NCBI GenBank assembly: GCA_951406725.2
Contig: OX597827.1
Location: 34,038,001-34,102,000, forward strand
Length of the DNA stretch: 64,000 bases
From: Octopus vulgaris
Lineage: Eukaryota
Direction of reading: 5' to 3'
Shown: positions 13,507-31,954 of the stretch, piece by piece
How the letters are laid out: each line of letters begins with the position of its first letter
Numbering within the stretch: the first letter of the stretch is position 1
Notes under the pieces: generated by a model
The model's database searches: none
The model's input: only the letters and a program-made list of their open reading frames with translations
Told to the model about the DNA's origin: nothing
Made by a program: the position numbers and the translations under genes

Positions 13507-14429
13507 AACCGTATTTATTTTTACATTTCAATCCACGTCTATTTTTAATTTTGATTACATTTTTTATTAATGATATCATCAAAAACTTTTAGACGATTTC
13601 GATTTGCATAGTAGCTCGAAAAATGGCGAGCAGAAGGTAGGGAAGAGGGCGAAACGGTACCAGCATCCGTTTCAGGAGTGCATCCCTTTAAAAGTTGAAA
13701 TTTGAAACTATTAATGTTGTTCAAGTTGTTGTACAGTTCACTTAAATTCATGCAGTCTGCTTTCCACACCACAAACAACTAGAGTTAACGTTAAAATGTG
13801 TCGGCTATGCTTATATAAGCCGCTAAATATATGCAAATAGTCGATCGGCATAACGAATATAACTGAATATTGGAAATGGGCCAAATCGTGTGTTTGCGTA
13901 ATACCAAGTGAATGTGCATAACACACTGTAAGTTAATTATACAGTAAAGATAACAGTAAAATGGCTTTAAGAGCTTATGTTAAGTTGGGGAGGACTCATG
14001 TAATATATGCATAAATGTATATACATACATATATATAGAATGTTGTAATTTCATAGGTCATGGCTGTAATTTCTCATATCTTTAAATGTTTAAGATTATA
14101 TTTATCGTCCATATCGTTGTCTGCGCAAATGATTAAATAATTTATATCTTAGATGAGGAAAGTGGACTCGAGTGGAGCACACAACAGGACTGAAAAGAGA
14201 GCCAGTGATGAAGAAGAGTTTCGGCAAAGTGGGGTGTTAGATGTTTGAATAAAATGTAAAGTGGTGGGGTGAAGGGAGTTAAAGGTTGTGCAGAGCATCA
14301 GAGAAGCCTTCTGATATGGAATAAGAACATAAGACTGTCTCTGCTCAATCTCCTTGTCAGGGTGATGATGATAGTGAAGATAAAATAGATTTTAGCACAT
14401 TTTTGCAAAGAAATAACTTTGGATATTTG

Positions 14430-15530
14430 AAGAACTTAGTTGCATATAAATTGAAAACGACAGCAGATATCACAATAAAAGCAGTTCATTTACTGAAAGG
14501 ATGGAAGATCTTTCCCAGACATTGGTTTGAGAAAGTTTCTACAAATGGAGAAATTATGGAAAGGAAATGGTTGTTATAATCTCCACTGTTGCTACACTAT
14601 TATGAATTATGGAATGACTGTTTACTGTTTTCCTTCCTCTACTTCTTGTGAAATGTTAAAATCATTTATCTGTATGAATGTAAACGGACAATGTAGTACA
14701 AGATGCAGTTTTTGTTAAAGGAATCTACAAAGATGTGACAAAGTTATTGCAAGCCTTCATCATTTTAAGAAAGGAACATTTTTCTAGAAATAACAAACCT
14801 GCTGCAAGATCGCTTCCCAACTCTTCAACAATTCCTGTTTATATCTTTGTTAAATTTTTGGTACCAAACTTTATTATCTGTATGGGATTTCATTAAGCTT
14901 CTTGTGACTTAAAAGGGCTTATTTCAAATCTTGAATTTGAAAAATGAAATTATACTCAATGCAATACAATTAGCTAATGAATATTGTGTAAACAGGAGAT
15001 ACCAATTGCATAGACAGGGAGAAGAAAATAATAATGTCTGGAGAATTAGCAGGAGATAATAACCTGACAGCAAAGCAAGAAATAAACTGAGTAATGTCTG
15101 AGATCGTGAACCGATTTAAAACTGAAATGAAAGACCGCAGTATTCATCTTCACAACCTCAGAGATCGATTTTCATTTCCATTTCTACTGAATTTGACTTC
15201 ATTCGTAATTAATTGAGAATGAAAAATAAACAAAGATTTAAAAAGGAGTGATGAAGTGACAATCATTTAGTTATCAATGAGATTGTTGACTGACTGCAGT
15301 TCTCTCCAATCCAAAAGATGCTCTGGAGACTTTACTGCAGCTTGGAAGGGGTGGCTTTCCTACTGTTTACTGTAGCATTCCCAATCGCAAACTGTGAAAG
15401 GTCAGAACAGCTAACATGACGTTGATCAGAATTGAAAAAGAATTATTTTCAACTGATGAAAAAGTAAATGAAATAGTCGTAGTATTTCCTGACACAAGAA
15501 CTCGTTTGGGACACAGACACCGCACTTGAT
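14430..15530 (+). pseudogene. hAT-type transposase remnant
   Basis: NGEIMERKWLL..VYCFP (TTF-type zinc finger-like) near 14545-14635; TVAFPIANCERS..LIRIEKE (hAT dimerisation-like) near 15370-15445; heavily decayed. Confidence 0.5.
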
Positions 15531-15617
15531 ATGGCTGGTTCATGTTTAATTTGTATAAAAAGTTTATTTCATCTGCTTTTACTTATTTAAGATGTCTTCT
15601 TTTCTTTCTTTTCTCAG

Positions 15618-15754
15618 ATCTAGTTTCTGTACTTGAGTCTTGGAGGTATAAACCAATGAGACAGATGATATTAATGACCTTCTTAAACCTTTTGACAGTA
15701 TACGACTAGGGGGAAGTATTTGAATGCATTCTTTTATGTTCTATGGTTGATAAA
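15618..15754 (+). other. Possible 5'-UTR exon of the SLC16-like gene
   Basis: Strong pyrimidine tract plus cag ending at 15617; GTAAGT donor at 15755; next acceptor at 15891. Confidence 0.3.
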
Positions 15755-15917
15755 GTAAGTACCACCCACGTATTGTGGTCGATATTAAATCGATTTTGAC
15801 CCTAGCTATAAAACTTTTTGGATTTTGTACAATGTAAGAAATCAGTGTGATTATAATTCTTGTCAATTGTTTTGTTTTGTCTTTTTTGCAGAGTTGTATT
15901 TGCTTACCAGAAAAATA

Positions 15918-16110
15918 ATGGAAGTGAAAGTTGACCGGAGCTGGGCGTGGGTGGTTTTGGCTGCTACGTTTGGCATTCACTTCATTAGTGGCAGCCTTCA
16001 ATATTCGTCCGGAATAATCCGATTAAATTTGTTACTGGACACTATTTCTGAAGAGAAAGTATTTGTAACGTGGATTATTTCCATATACAACAGTTTATTC
16101 GCTTTAGCGG
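15918..16110 (+). CDS. SLC16/MCT-like MFS transporter, coding exon 1
   Basis: Acceptor tttttgcag at 15891; ATG at 15918; MEVKVDRSWAWVVLAATF matches the MCT D.GW.WVV TM1 motif; donor G|gtatgt, phase 1. Confidence 0.9.
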
Positions 16111-16128
16111 GTATGTATGGAATCACAA

Positions 16129-16170
<42 letters not shown>

Positions 16171-16689
16171 CCCTCTATCCATTTCTCTCTTCCTCTCTCT
16201 CTTTTTAATATATTATATAGTGTTTCTTTTCGGTGGTGGGTTACATTTTGAGTCCGAGATTTTGCAATAGTTGCTAGAGGGCAACTTTGTTTTTTATTGT
16301 TCCGAAGTCGATAAATCGATAAAAAAAATGTACCACTCCAGAATAGTTGTTTGTTGGAACTGAAAAAAAACATTGGTCCGGATGACTGGCAGTATTTGTT
16401 TTGGATCTTTGCGTTCTGAGTTCATATCCCTTGAATGATACATTTAATCTGTCATCTGGTTTAATGCCATCACCTAGCATCTTAGCTGCCTTTATTGAAG
16501 TCCATTCTGTAGTAAGCATTTGGGCCAGCTCCTGATTAAAGGAAGATTTTTAAAATGTAGGAAATTGTGATGTTCTTGTATTTCGTAAAACAGTGATGTA
16601 ATTTAAAGGAGTTTGTTTCATCTGCATGATGAAATCGTATCGAGAACTTAGTGTCTATCAAACATCGGTTATCATATAAAGAATAACAG

Positions 16690-17035
16690 ACACAGAGATC
16701 GAACTTAGAAAATATACCTTTTTCAAGGGTGATAAAATAAATACTAGTCAAGTGATGGAGTTGATGCAGTTGACTATCACCAGCCCCTAACATTACTGAC
16801 CTTGTGCCAAAATTTGAAACTATTATTATTATTAAGGTGACGAGCAAGCAGAACCGTTAGCACGTCGGGCAAAATGCTTGTCAGCATTTCGTTCGTTTTA
16901 CGTTCTGAGTTCAAATTCTACCGAGGTCAACTTTGCCTTTCATCTTTTCGGGGTCAATAAAATAAGTACCAATCGAGTACTGTGATCGATGAAACCGACT
17001 AGCCACCTACCACCCAAAATTTCAGGCCTTATACT
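16690..17035 (+). mobile_element. Tandem tRNA-derived SINE copies with (ATT) tails
   Basis: gcagaaccgttagc...ttctgagttcaaatt...gaggtcaactttgcctttcatc, repeated at 31955, 32198 and 33050. Confidence 0.8.
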
Positions 17036-17339
17036 TTTGTTTTCATTGTTGTGAACAAATGCAAATGTGAATTGATGGATTTTGTAAATCAAAACAAAAG
17101 CAAACTTGAGACAGAGAGAAAGGAATTTGATGATTTCATCCTCAAAACCCCGAAGTGGGTTATTAATTAAAATGTCCTCGGGCGTTTATAAAACAACCTG
17201 CAAACATTCTCATGTAGTGTGAGGATTTTTAAAAAAATCAACTGACAAAAGGATTTTTGAAGGGCCTTTTAAAAAACTTCCACTAGTAGAGAGGTCCGAA
17301 ACTCCCGAGCTTCTCGAAAATCAAGATGAGTGACCTCTT

Positions 17340-19085
17340 TTTCTTTCTCCGACTTAGTTTACTGTGCTGAGGGTAGGGTGTGTGAATATGAGCAAACTTG
17401 GATCAGCTTGGAAGCAAGGTCACTTGCTCAATGATCTCAGATCACTTCATTTAGATGTGGCCACCATTAGTGAAGAATTTCCGGAAAGCATGCGCCATTT
17501 TCAAGGACTACAAATTATTCTAACGTTGTGGTCTATTGGGAACGGGTGGCAGTGAAGCACTGCTACACCGGAAATCCTTAGATCTCTAAGTACTGGCTAT
17601 CTTCTTGGACCCGGACGGGAAGGTGGTGGTCCTGGACGTGAATGGCAGCGAAAGTAATGCCTTTATATAGGTGGTAGTTTATGCCCCGACGGGGGCTGGA
17701 AGGCCAAATTTCTTCAGGAGTCGAGAAATATTCTTGAGAATGTCTCACAAATTCGTGATATGTGCAGTCGACTCAGATAGGACATGTAGATAGGGACTTT
17801 GTTACTGGAAGTTGAATGCGTCCTTATCGGCACACAACTACTACAGGGACTGGATTAGTGAAGTAAAATCGATAGCGTTTAGCAAAGATTTAGCAATAGA
17901 AAGAAATAGATTACAAGGAGAACTAGTCAGCAAAGTAGAAGCTAATTGCGACCAACGTGACCAACGTGCTAGCGGCAAGAATGGCACGTGACCATTTCTC
18001 TGAGGTGAAGCATAAAGGCTACGTTGTCAGAGCTGGGGCCCATGCACTCAAACACAAGGAACTAAAGTCGTCCGATGGGCCTGAACGGTGGAGACGCAAC
18101 GTGGTAACAAAATCACAATCAAGTCTCTGATGGGATGGGCGCGTACAACTCGGTTCTGAGCAGATGTGTGAAGCTTTCTAGAAGCACTTTGCGTGGCTGT
18201 TTGGAGAGGGCGACGGGTTGATGATGGTAGCGGACCATACTTCGTATCTGGACGGCCTGCCACGGTACTCGGCAGCGGAAGTGAGGTTCTGCCGCTGAAA
18301 TACGGGTGGCGATGAGCGATTGCTCAAGTAACAAATCACCTGATTTGAATGGTCTGCTCTATGAGTTCATGCCAGATTTATTTGGCGGCCTCGAAGTAGA
18401 TGTCTACTGTAACTAACATCAGAACGGGGGATGTTGTTATCTGGGGTGTAGTGATGCTTCTGAGGAAGGACGCCGACAATGGAAATGTGCAAGGAAATTT
18501 TCGACCCATAACACTGCTAAACAAACAGTTTAAGATTTTGGCCAAGATGTTAGCAAAAAGGTTGGTGCTGGTCGTCGGCAGTCTGATCGGGGAAGCGTAA
18601 ACGTGCATAAACCCGAAGAGATCTATCCATGATAACTTCCACCTAATGTTATACATCGTTGAGAGGGCTGGAATTAAAGCTGGCTTCGGTGGGTCCCTGA
18701 TCCATTTGGATCAATCCAAAGCATTCGATAGGGTTGACCCTCGCTACTTTGAAACCATCCTGAAAGCGAACGGTTTTAGATCCGTTTTCAGAGTCTGGGT
18801 CGCTGCAATGCACATCGACACCTGCTCGGTGGTCAAAGTAAACGGTAGTCATAGTAAACCTGTTGGAGATGTTTTGCGTCGCACTTTCGGTCCATCAAGG
18901 CTTCCTGCTGTCGCCTCTCCTATACTTGCTTGCTTTCGAGCGACTGCTGCGAAAGATGGAACACTTAAGGGGTATCCCTTTCGAACACCGTCATGGTGTT
19001 GGGCGCTACCAATGAGGAGACGGTCGGCATATTTCTAAAGGAATACGAGTCGGTTGTAGGGGACAAAATCAACGCCGACAAGTCA
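17340..19085 (+). pseudogene. Tx1/L1-clade LINE remnant (APE + RT)
   Basis: NFRPITLLNKQFKILAKMLAKRL and LDQSKAFDRVD; many stops and frameshifts. Confidence 0.85.
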
Positions 19086-21040
19086 ATTTATGTTTTATAT
19101 AAACCATCCATTATATGTCATACGAAATCTCATTTGGGAAAAATCAACAAATTCATAATGGATAGAATAATACCAGTGGTCAATGATAATGTTCAACTCC
19201 CTCTATGGAATTCAACATGGGATGTTATAACATGGTTCCATTGCCTCCCGAGTAAGCATAAGACTCGTTTTATACAATCTGACATTCCGAATTATTATGC
19301 CACTATCTCCCCGATATAATTAAATAAGGTACTGATATTTGCCCGGGATTTTGTAAACATCCCTCGATCTGAAATTGATATTATCCTAACCGCGAGAAAA
19401 ACGTTGATAAATTTTAAAGATTATAATTGGATTAGAAGCGGCTCAACAAACTACTTTGATATTGCCATGGGTTTGTCAGATTCAGCCCAGGTGACGGACC
19501 AAGTGGGTCTCTATCTACTGTCTCAACTTAGGAAAATCTATCCAAACATTTCTGGTGGACTATACTGAGATGATGCTCTATTCGTAGTAAATGGTTCATC
19601 TAAATCGGAGATTGAAAGAATAAAGAAATCATTAAGTACATTTCTTTTAAATTTCTTTAATCTCAACATTGTATTCGAGATTCACAAAAAATAATTTTCG
19701 CGACGTCACATTAAATTTAAACACGAAACCAAATCAAACATTGCAATATATTAACGTCTCTTCTAATCATCCGAAATTAACCATCGATAGTATTATCACT
19801 GCCATCTCCATTAGAATATCCAACTTATGAGCAAACGAGGAGATCTTCAATGCACACGCACCAATTTATAATCATGGCTTTCATGACGATGTTTTCTACA
19901 TCTCTGATACCAAGCTCAAAACTAACTTAGCTAATTTAACACCTCATAGTAACTCTGATATGATTTAAATAACCCCCTCATTAAATTATAAACCTGTAAG
20001 AGGACCTGTCATTAACCCTATCAAATTTTATAATCCTAATGCTAGAAATTTTAATAAACATGCTCCTTCTATGCCCAAACACCTGGATTGGGTAACTCAC
20101 TCTAAATCTAGGAAAAGACAAATTATATGGTTTGCCCTCACATTTTCGCTAAGAGTAAAAAATCTAGCAAAACAGTTTTTCAAAATTCTTAAACTAAATT
20201 TCCTTAAGCATCATAAATACTCACCTATATTTAACAAAAATACTATAAAATTATCTTATTCTACCACGCCGAACTTGGGTTCAATTATCGCATCTACAAA
20301 CAGAAATAAAATTCAAATCCAAATTAATAAAAGCCCAGATCATAGGATACCTAACACAATTCCAAATAACATTAATAACACTAAAAGTATAAATAGGAAG
20401 CCAAAAAGCTGCAATTGTAGGGCTCTGAATTATGTCCGCTTGCAGGTATATGTCTACGCAAAAATGTAATATATAAATGTACAGTGACAAATGAAAAACA
20501 GCAAACTAGAGTATACATAGGGAGTACTAAAGACTTCAAAACACGATACAGAATACATGTAAATTCCTTTAATAAGTTAAAACATAAAAGCTCTACGGCG
20601 TTAGCAAGCTATATTCAATTTAAAATTACAAAACATCACTTATACATTGTCTTGGTCGATCATAGATGAGGCCCCACCATCCAATACCATTCCCGGCAGA
20701 TGTTGACTGTGTATAGAAGAATCGTACATAATCCATCGTATTTTTAATTCCACTGTTTCAAATAAATTTTCTGAAGCTATTCATTCGTGTAACTATAGAT
20801 ATTGTTCAACTTTCAAGAGTAAATTTTAATTCGAAACCGCACAGTACCATTTTCTATAGTACAACAATATATTGCCACTTGGTTAAAATTTGAAAAAAAT
20901 ATAATAAAAAAGCTCAGCCCTCTTAATAATTTCCATAACTCGTATGACTTATATAAAATATAAATTAATACTTGCAAAACAAATGCTTTTCTGGCACAAA
21001 CACTATACTTTTCTTTTTCCCTGATGATGGGGGCATCTCT
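19085..21040 (+). mobile_element. Penelope-like element, degenerate (RT + GIY-YIG), ending in a truncated CTGATGA
   Basis: FIQSDI.NYY; MG...SAQV.D.VG; GGLY*DD; RVYIGST.DFKTRY..H; CTGATGA at 21021. Confidence 0.85.
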
Positions 21041-21254
21041 TGGAAGTGAATCGTATATTTTTATATTTCTATATCTTTATATTTCTATATTTTTATATTT
21101 CATATGTAAATTAGAGAAAAACCACCATTATGCAATTCAAACAATGATAGACATAAACCAAATCATAAATAAAAATTAAAAAATATTTTTAAAAACATAA
21201 CTAGATCACAAAAAATATAAAGATGCAAAATCAATATATAGTTAGTAAAAAAAC

Positions 21255-21338
21255 TATGTACGTTTCATGGCTATAATTAAATTTTCATTTAATCGAAAAT
21301 CAATTCAATTTAAAATTATAGTCACTCTTCAGGTTAAC
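21255..21338 (-). ncRNA. Degenerate hammerhead motif
   Basis: Minus: CUGAAGA GUGACUAUAAU...AUUAUAGCCAU GAAAC GUA; stem I poor. Confidence 0.45.
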
Positions 21339-21709
21339 AATAATAACAATAATAGTTAAAGAAATAAGCAGAGTTAAACAATATTTATTTTAAAAAAATA
21401 ATGATATTTTTTTCTTATAGAAGAAACTCCATTAACTAAATTTGAAACTTAAAAAATTAGGACATTTATTATGTCAAATATTTAAGGTAAAAAAATATTT
21501 TTATATTTCTATATCTTTATATACTGAATGTGTTAATATATGTTTTAGACAATTCTATCATATTAAATCCGTATATGTATACACCAATCGTAGTCTGTCT
21601 GAGGTGAACTTCTCTGTATCTCTTGTACTTGTCTAGCGTCCCAGGTTTGACTCAAGCACTTCCATGCTTTCTAAGCTTTTCCAACGAAAATTCATAATTA
21701 CACACACAC

Positions 21710-21754
<45 letters not shown>

Positions 21755-21834
21755 CATATATTGATATATATATACATACATATATTGATATATTAATAGA
21801 GAAACTTAGAAATACTAATATTTATATACATATA

Positions 21835-22155
21835 TACAGAAACTGTAGTTTTTGGCCTCTACTTTGCTTCCACATTTGTGGATAAGGCATATAACACCTT
21901 CTTTCAGCTTTTTAGGAAGTATACCACTTGCAAGGAAACTTTGGAACAGTATCTGAAATGGTTTCGCTAAAGCCTGCTTACATGAATGAGTTTGGGAGAA
22001 TAGCTGGGAAACCATCAGGACCAGTAGGTGATCATGAGCTCATTTCATCCAGGGCTGCTGTTACATCTGTTTCCTCAATGTTGGTGTACTCGATGGCTGA
22101 CGCCTCCTTCTTTAGAGCTGCAATATCAAAGAATTCAGCTGGATTTTTTTATCTG
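21835..22155 (-). pseudogene. CR1-type LINE RT fragment
   Basis: GPDGFPA/ALAKPFQILFQSFL..G.LP..LKEGVIC.IHK; homologous to 40448-40792. Confidence 0.75.
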
Positions 22156-22156
22156 C

Positions 22157-22211
<55 letters not shown>

Positions 22212-22214
<3 letters not shown>

Positions 22215-22415
22215 AAAATTTACGAAAAAAACAAAAGACGAAGACAGGTGGTGTACAAAACTAACAGATGTATTAGTATAACGCTCAGGAATAGAAAAAT
22301 TATTTTACGTTTCGAGCCTACGCTCTTCTACAGAAGGGTACACAGAATAAACAAGGAGAGAAACAAGGAGAGAAAAAAATGTGTGTAGTGGCTAACGATC
22401 TATCATGGCGTCCTG
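22212..22415 (-). mobile_element. TA-flanked element with degenerate minimal HHR (22304-22338)
   Basis: Minus: CUGUAGA AGAGC guag GCUC GAAACGUA; sits between two (TA)n tracts. Confidence 0.55.
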
Positions 22416-22429
22416 TGTATATATATATG

Positions 22430-22572
<143 letters not shown>

Positions 22573-22624
22573 CATATGCATATATATGTATATATATATA
22601 TATAGAGGAATTTATATAGACTGG

Positions 22625-23735
22625 ATACACCACTTTATGATAAACTACTAGAAAAGAAAATAAGGAAAAAATATAAGGTAGTCAGTAAAAATTATTTAGA
22701 TAATATTAACATAATTTTCCCCAAAATCATGGTTAAATATGGTATTGAAAATAGAACTGAACCATATGTCCCGATGCATCCAAGAATACCGATTAAAGAT
22801 CATAAGAATAATTTTTACTCAAACCCCCAAGTAAGATTAATATGCCCTAGAAAGTCAGATATAGGTAGACTAAGTAAATTAATATTAGATAAATATATAG
22901 TTAAATTAAATAGGTTAGGTAATCTTAAACTCTGGAATTGTACCCGAGATACTATAAAATGGTTTAACAATATTAAGGATAAAAATAGATGTAAATTCCT
23001 TCAGATTGATATGGAGAATTATTATTCATCTATAAATGAAGTGGTTTTAAATAAGGCCCTGTCATATGCCATAAGAAAGGTAAATATGTAATTTGAAGAA
23101 GTAAAAGTAGTGTTGGCAGCGAGGAAGTCCATTATAAAATATAAAGATAAACTACGGGCAAGAAAAGACACTAGAGATTGTTTTGTTATAGCCATGGGTG
23201 CACCGGATTCAACCGAGGTTACCGATCTTGTTGGTTCATGTCTCTTATCTGAACTAGAAATAGAATCGACGAATATAGAGGATGGTCTTTATAGAGACGA
23301 CCTACTACTTATAACTAGGAATTGTACTAATAGATCATTAGAATGCCTTAAGAAGAAAATGTACAAGTTCTTTAAGAATAATGGCCAAGGAATATCTATA
23401 GAAAATTAGCAGTATGCAGCAAATTATCTAGACGTCAACCTTAAGAATTTTATATCAGAGATGTGTCCTGCTTCTTTTAATGATTTATTATAACATAGGG
23501 CATGTTTATTAAAAGTGTCATAATCTGAGGATAGCATAGACATTCTTTTACCTATATCATTTATTAAGATTTCTTTAACTAATGGTTACTTGAAGAACTA
23601 ATATACTTTAGGTCTTCATTCAACTTATGGAATGGATGGATCTTATAAGTGACTAGATTAAGGTTGACGTCTAGATAATTTACTGCATAATGCTCGTTCT
23701 CTATAGATATTCCTAGGCCATTATTCTTAAAGAAC
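22625..23735 (+). mobile_element. Penelope-like RT fragment with local inversion
   Basis: KDHK..F..NP.VRLICP.KSDIG; FLQIDMENYYSSI; GLYRDD; ~23655-23735 is an inverted copy of ~23365-23445. Confidence 0.85.
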
Positions 23736-23817
23736 ATATATATACACATATATATATGAATATATACATATCTATATACATATATATATACATATACACA
23801 TATATATACATATATAA

Positions 23818-23879
<62 letters not shown>

Positions 23880-24099
23880 TTAATAAATTTTAGGGTAGCA
23901 AACAATTCTAGAAAAATTCTCCTCTACTAGCGGTTAAGTGAGAAAGAAAAAATAGTCAATAGACTATATAATATACATTCAAACATATAAGGGACGGCCA
24001 TAATAGGACATCCGACTCACTAGAAAGAGCAGCCAAACTCAAAACCACTAATAGTTGTAATTCTGAAATGGAAAGAGAAATAAAAACGTTTACCCTCTC

Positions 24100-24192
24100 C
24101 TTTCTGGACTATGCATAGTTTCGGCAATCTTTTGTAAATAAATTAATTTAATTAATTTATTTACCACTGGCGTTGCCTCGTCAGCAGAAAAG
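24100..24192 (-). ncRNA. Type I hammerhead ribozyme
   Basis: Reverse complement of 24935-25027 with intact core. Confidence 0.85.
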
Positions 24193-24934
24193 CCAAGGAC
24201 TAACATATATCCACGAGGCGATGATAAACATGCCTCGAGTCTATATGCTATAAATTTTCAAAATCCACCACGCTCGCGCGATTTACTCAGCAGTAAATAT
24301 AAACTGCCGATTTAATTTCAAAATTAGCCAAAAAATCATTAATTAATAAATTTTAGGGTAGCAAAAAATTCTAGAAAAATTCTCCGCTACCAGCGGTCAA
24401 GTGAGAAAGAAAAAATAGTCAATAGACTATATAATATACATTCAAACATATAAGGGACGGCCATAATAGGACATCCGACTCACTAGAAAGAGCAGCCAAA
24501 CTAAATTAATTAAATCAATTAAAATAAATTAATTAAATTAATTTATTTACAAAAGATTGCCGAAAGGAGAGGGTAAACGTTTTTATTTCTCTTTCCAATT
24601 CAGAATTACAACTATTGGTTTTGAGTTTGGCTGCTCTTTCTAGTGAGTCGGATGTCCTATTATGGTCGTCCCTTATATGTTTGAATGTATATTATATAGT
24701 CTATTGACTATTTATTCTTTCTCACTTGACCGCTGGTTGCGGAGAATTTTTCTAGAATTGTTTGCTACCCTAAAATTTATTTATTTATGATTTTTTGGCT
24801 AATTTTGAAATTAAATCGGCAGTTTATATTTACTGCTGAGTAAACCGCGCGAGCGTGGTGGATTTTGAAAATTTATAGCATATAGACTCGAGGCATGTTT
24901 ATCATCGCCTCGTGGATATATGTTAGTCCTTGGC

Positions 24935-25027
24935 TTTTCTGCTGACGAGGCAACGCCAGTGGTAAATAAATTAATTAAATTAATTTATTTACAAAAGATT
25001 GCCGAAACTATGCATAGTCCAGAAAGG
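24935..25027 (+). ncRNA. Type I hammerhead ribozyme, fully canonical core
   Basis: Stem I UUUUCUG/CAGAAAG; CUGACGA 24942-24948; stem II GGCAA/UUGCC with long AU hairpin; GAAA 25004-25007; stem III ACUAUGCAUAGU; GUC 25017-25019. Confidence 0.9.
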
Positions 25028-25334
25028 AGAGGGTAAACGTTTTTATTTCTCTTTCCATTTCAGAATTACAACTATTAGTGGTTTTGAGTTTGGCTGCTCT
25101 TTCTAGTGAGTCGGATGTCCTATTATGGCCGTCCCTTATATGTTTGAATTATATATATATATATATACATATATCTTTATGTATATATATATAGACGTGT
25201 ATATATATATACATATATGTACAAATATATATATGTATATAAGCATATGTATATCTAAACATATATATACATATATAGATATTCACATATATATACATAT
25301 ATATATGCATATATATGTATATACATACATACAT

Positions 25335-25455
<121 letters not shown>

Positions 25456-25477
25456 GCATCTGATGTATATATGTAAC

Positions 25478-25530
25478 CGTCTCCGATGAAGTGTTATATA
25501 AAATATCCCGGAAACAGCTGTAAAACCTTC
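25478..25530 (+). ncRNA. Degenerate hammerhead motif
   Basis: CCGAUGA A...GAAACAGCUGUA; U4C change and eroded stems. Confidence 0.4.
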
Positions 25531-26048
25531 TCTTTATAAATGTTCTGAAATCTTTCACTGCCTTGGATTTTTATCTCATTCTGTAAATTTGATATATATA
25601 TATATTTATTTATTTATTTATAAAAGACACCCGAGTTGATATGTATAAGGAAAATAAGATAAGGTAGAAAACACTAAAATAATTTTATTATTTTACATTT
25701 TACTACCGGTTTCCTCCTTTTTAGACTTTTTCAACTCGGAGTAAAATTAGAAAAACGATTTAAATTGGAGAAAAGATTTTAACGAAATGTTTTTTAGATA
25801 TTTTCATAATCTTTGTGTAGGTAAATATTTCCATAGTTTTCAGACAGTCTGTCTGTCTTTCTTTCTATTCCTTTGTTAATGCCTGGTAGGTAGGTAGGTA
25901 GGTAAGTGGGTAAAAGGGAACTGCGATGGGCACGCGAATGGCCACCTCCTTTGTTGCCGGTTTGAGTTTCGTTGTCCTTGCGCCAACGGTCTAAAAGGAG
26001 TTAACGAACATAAAAATGTAACGGACAGAGAACCATCACTCAAATTTA

Positions 26049-26101
<53 letters not shown>

Positions 26102-26103
<2 letters not shown>

Positions 26104-27488
26104 ATATGTTTCTCTTTTGCTTTATATTTGTACAAGTTGGCTCCAAGTCTCACCCAGAGACCTCAAGAGACAACAGGCTGGAAGTTCACGTTGTTGTGCC
26201 TAGTGTGCCATATATTTGGGTTTTTTTTTTTTTGGTGTTGTACTACTGAATGTCTAAAAAAATGTTTGTTTTAAACCTTGAGATTACATAGAAAGTATTT
26301 TGCGTAGGATATGAGCAGTTCCCATGAGCACTATCTTTTGAATTTCTGCCATTTTGGGGTTTCCTGGTATCTGAGTTAAGTAGCAATCAGCCCCTTTTGC
26401 TATCATTCCCAGGGCACCTATGACTACAGGTATTGTTTTAGTCTTCAGGTTCCACATTTTGCTGATTTTTATTTCAGGATCTTTATATTTGCTCAGTTTT
26501 TGGTAGGTCTTGACAGATACGTTTATATCGATTGGGACAGTCATATCAATGAGGAGGCATGTTCTTTGTCTGAAGTCTTTCAATATGATGTCTGGCCTAT
26601 TTGCATCTATCTTTCTGTCAGTTTGAATGGTGAAGTTCCAGAGGAGTGAGATGTGGTCATTTTCAAGCACTGGGGGTGGTTTGTGTTCCCATCAGTTTTT
26701 GTCATGGGGCAAATCCAGGTTTTTGCAAATTACCCACTAAATATATTGTACAGCTCTATCATACCTGTTGAGATACTCTGTAGGCGCTAAAAGACTGCTC
26801 TTGGAGACAACATGATCAATGGTTTCATTTTGTTGTTGACATATGCGACATATTGGGCTACTGCCGTTCTTTAATATGTTGGCCTGGTAGTTTCTTGTTG
26901 GTAGGCATTGATTTTGAGCTGCTATGATAAACCCCTCTGTTTCAGATTTTAAGCCAGAGGCCATTAGCCATTGATGGGTCAGGGCTTTGTCAACATCTGC
27001 ATTATTCACTCTCTTTGGGTATTTGCAATAGAGAAGTTTTTCTTGCCATTTATCATTCAGAATATCTAAAGCCGCAGTTTTAGCACGGGTTTTCATGCGC
27101 TTAGCTTTTTCTGTGCTTGTTTCTTGTATGTCTATCTCTAATTCCGAAATTTGTTGTATTCGGAATTCACTTAGATATTCCTTTGCCTGTTTTGTTACTG
27201 AGTATGATGCTTTCTTGTTTTCATGTTTTGAGACAAGTTTTAACATCCAGTCCTCAGAGTTTTTCAGGTAGGTGTCTAGGCCAATTGTAGCAATCTTCAT
27301 TGTTATTGCCAGTTGCAAAAGACCACGGCCTCCCTCTTTTCTTGGCAGATAAAGTCGTTCTGTATCTGCCTTAGGGTGGTGCATTCTATGCATTGTCAAC
27401 AGTTTTCGTATTTTTCTGTCAAGATTACATATTTCAGCAATCGACCAGTTAACGATATTCAGACTGTAAGTCACGACTGGTATGGCTA
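26102..27488 (-). mobile_element. 5'-truncated R4/Dong-type RLE LINE in (TAA)n
   Basis: RLYLPRKEGGRGL, CRIC...ETIDH, NRPDII, KLSKYKD motifs; (ATT)n on both sides. Confidence 0.9.
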
Positions 27489-27491
27489 ATA

Positions 27492-31897
<4,406 letters not shown>

Positions 31898-31954
31898 TAC
31901 ATCGACTAATCCCTTCCCCCGAAATTGCTGGCGTTGAGCCAAAATTTGAAATTG

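Larger units (their letters stand above)
23875..25150. mobile_element. Retrozyme-like / Penelope pLTR-like HHR array: 463-bp units in tandem, then inverted, inside (TA)n
   Basis: tagggtagc at 23891 and 24354 (period 463); orientation flips near 24503; no ORF; (TA)n on both sides. Confidence 0.85.
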
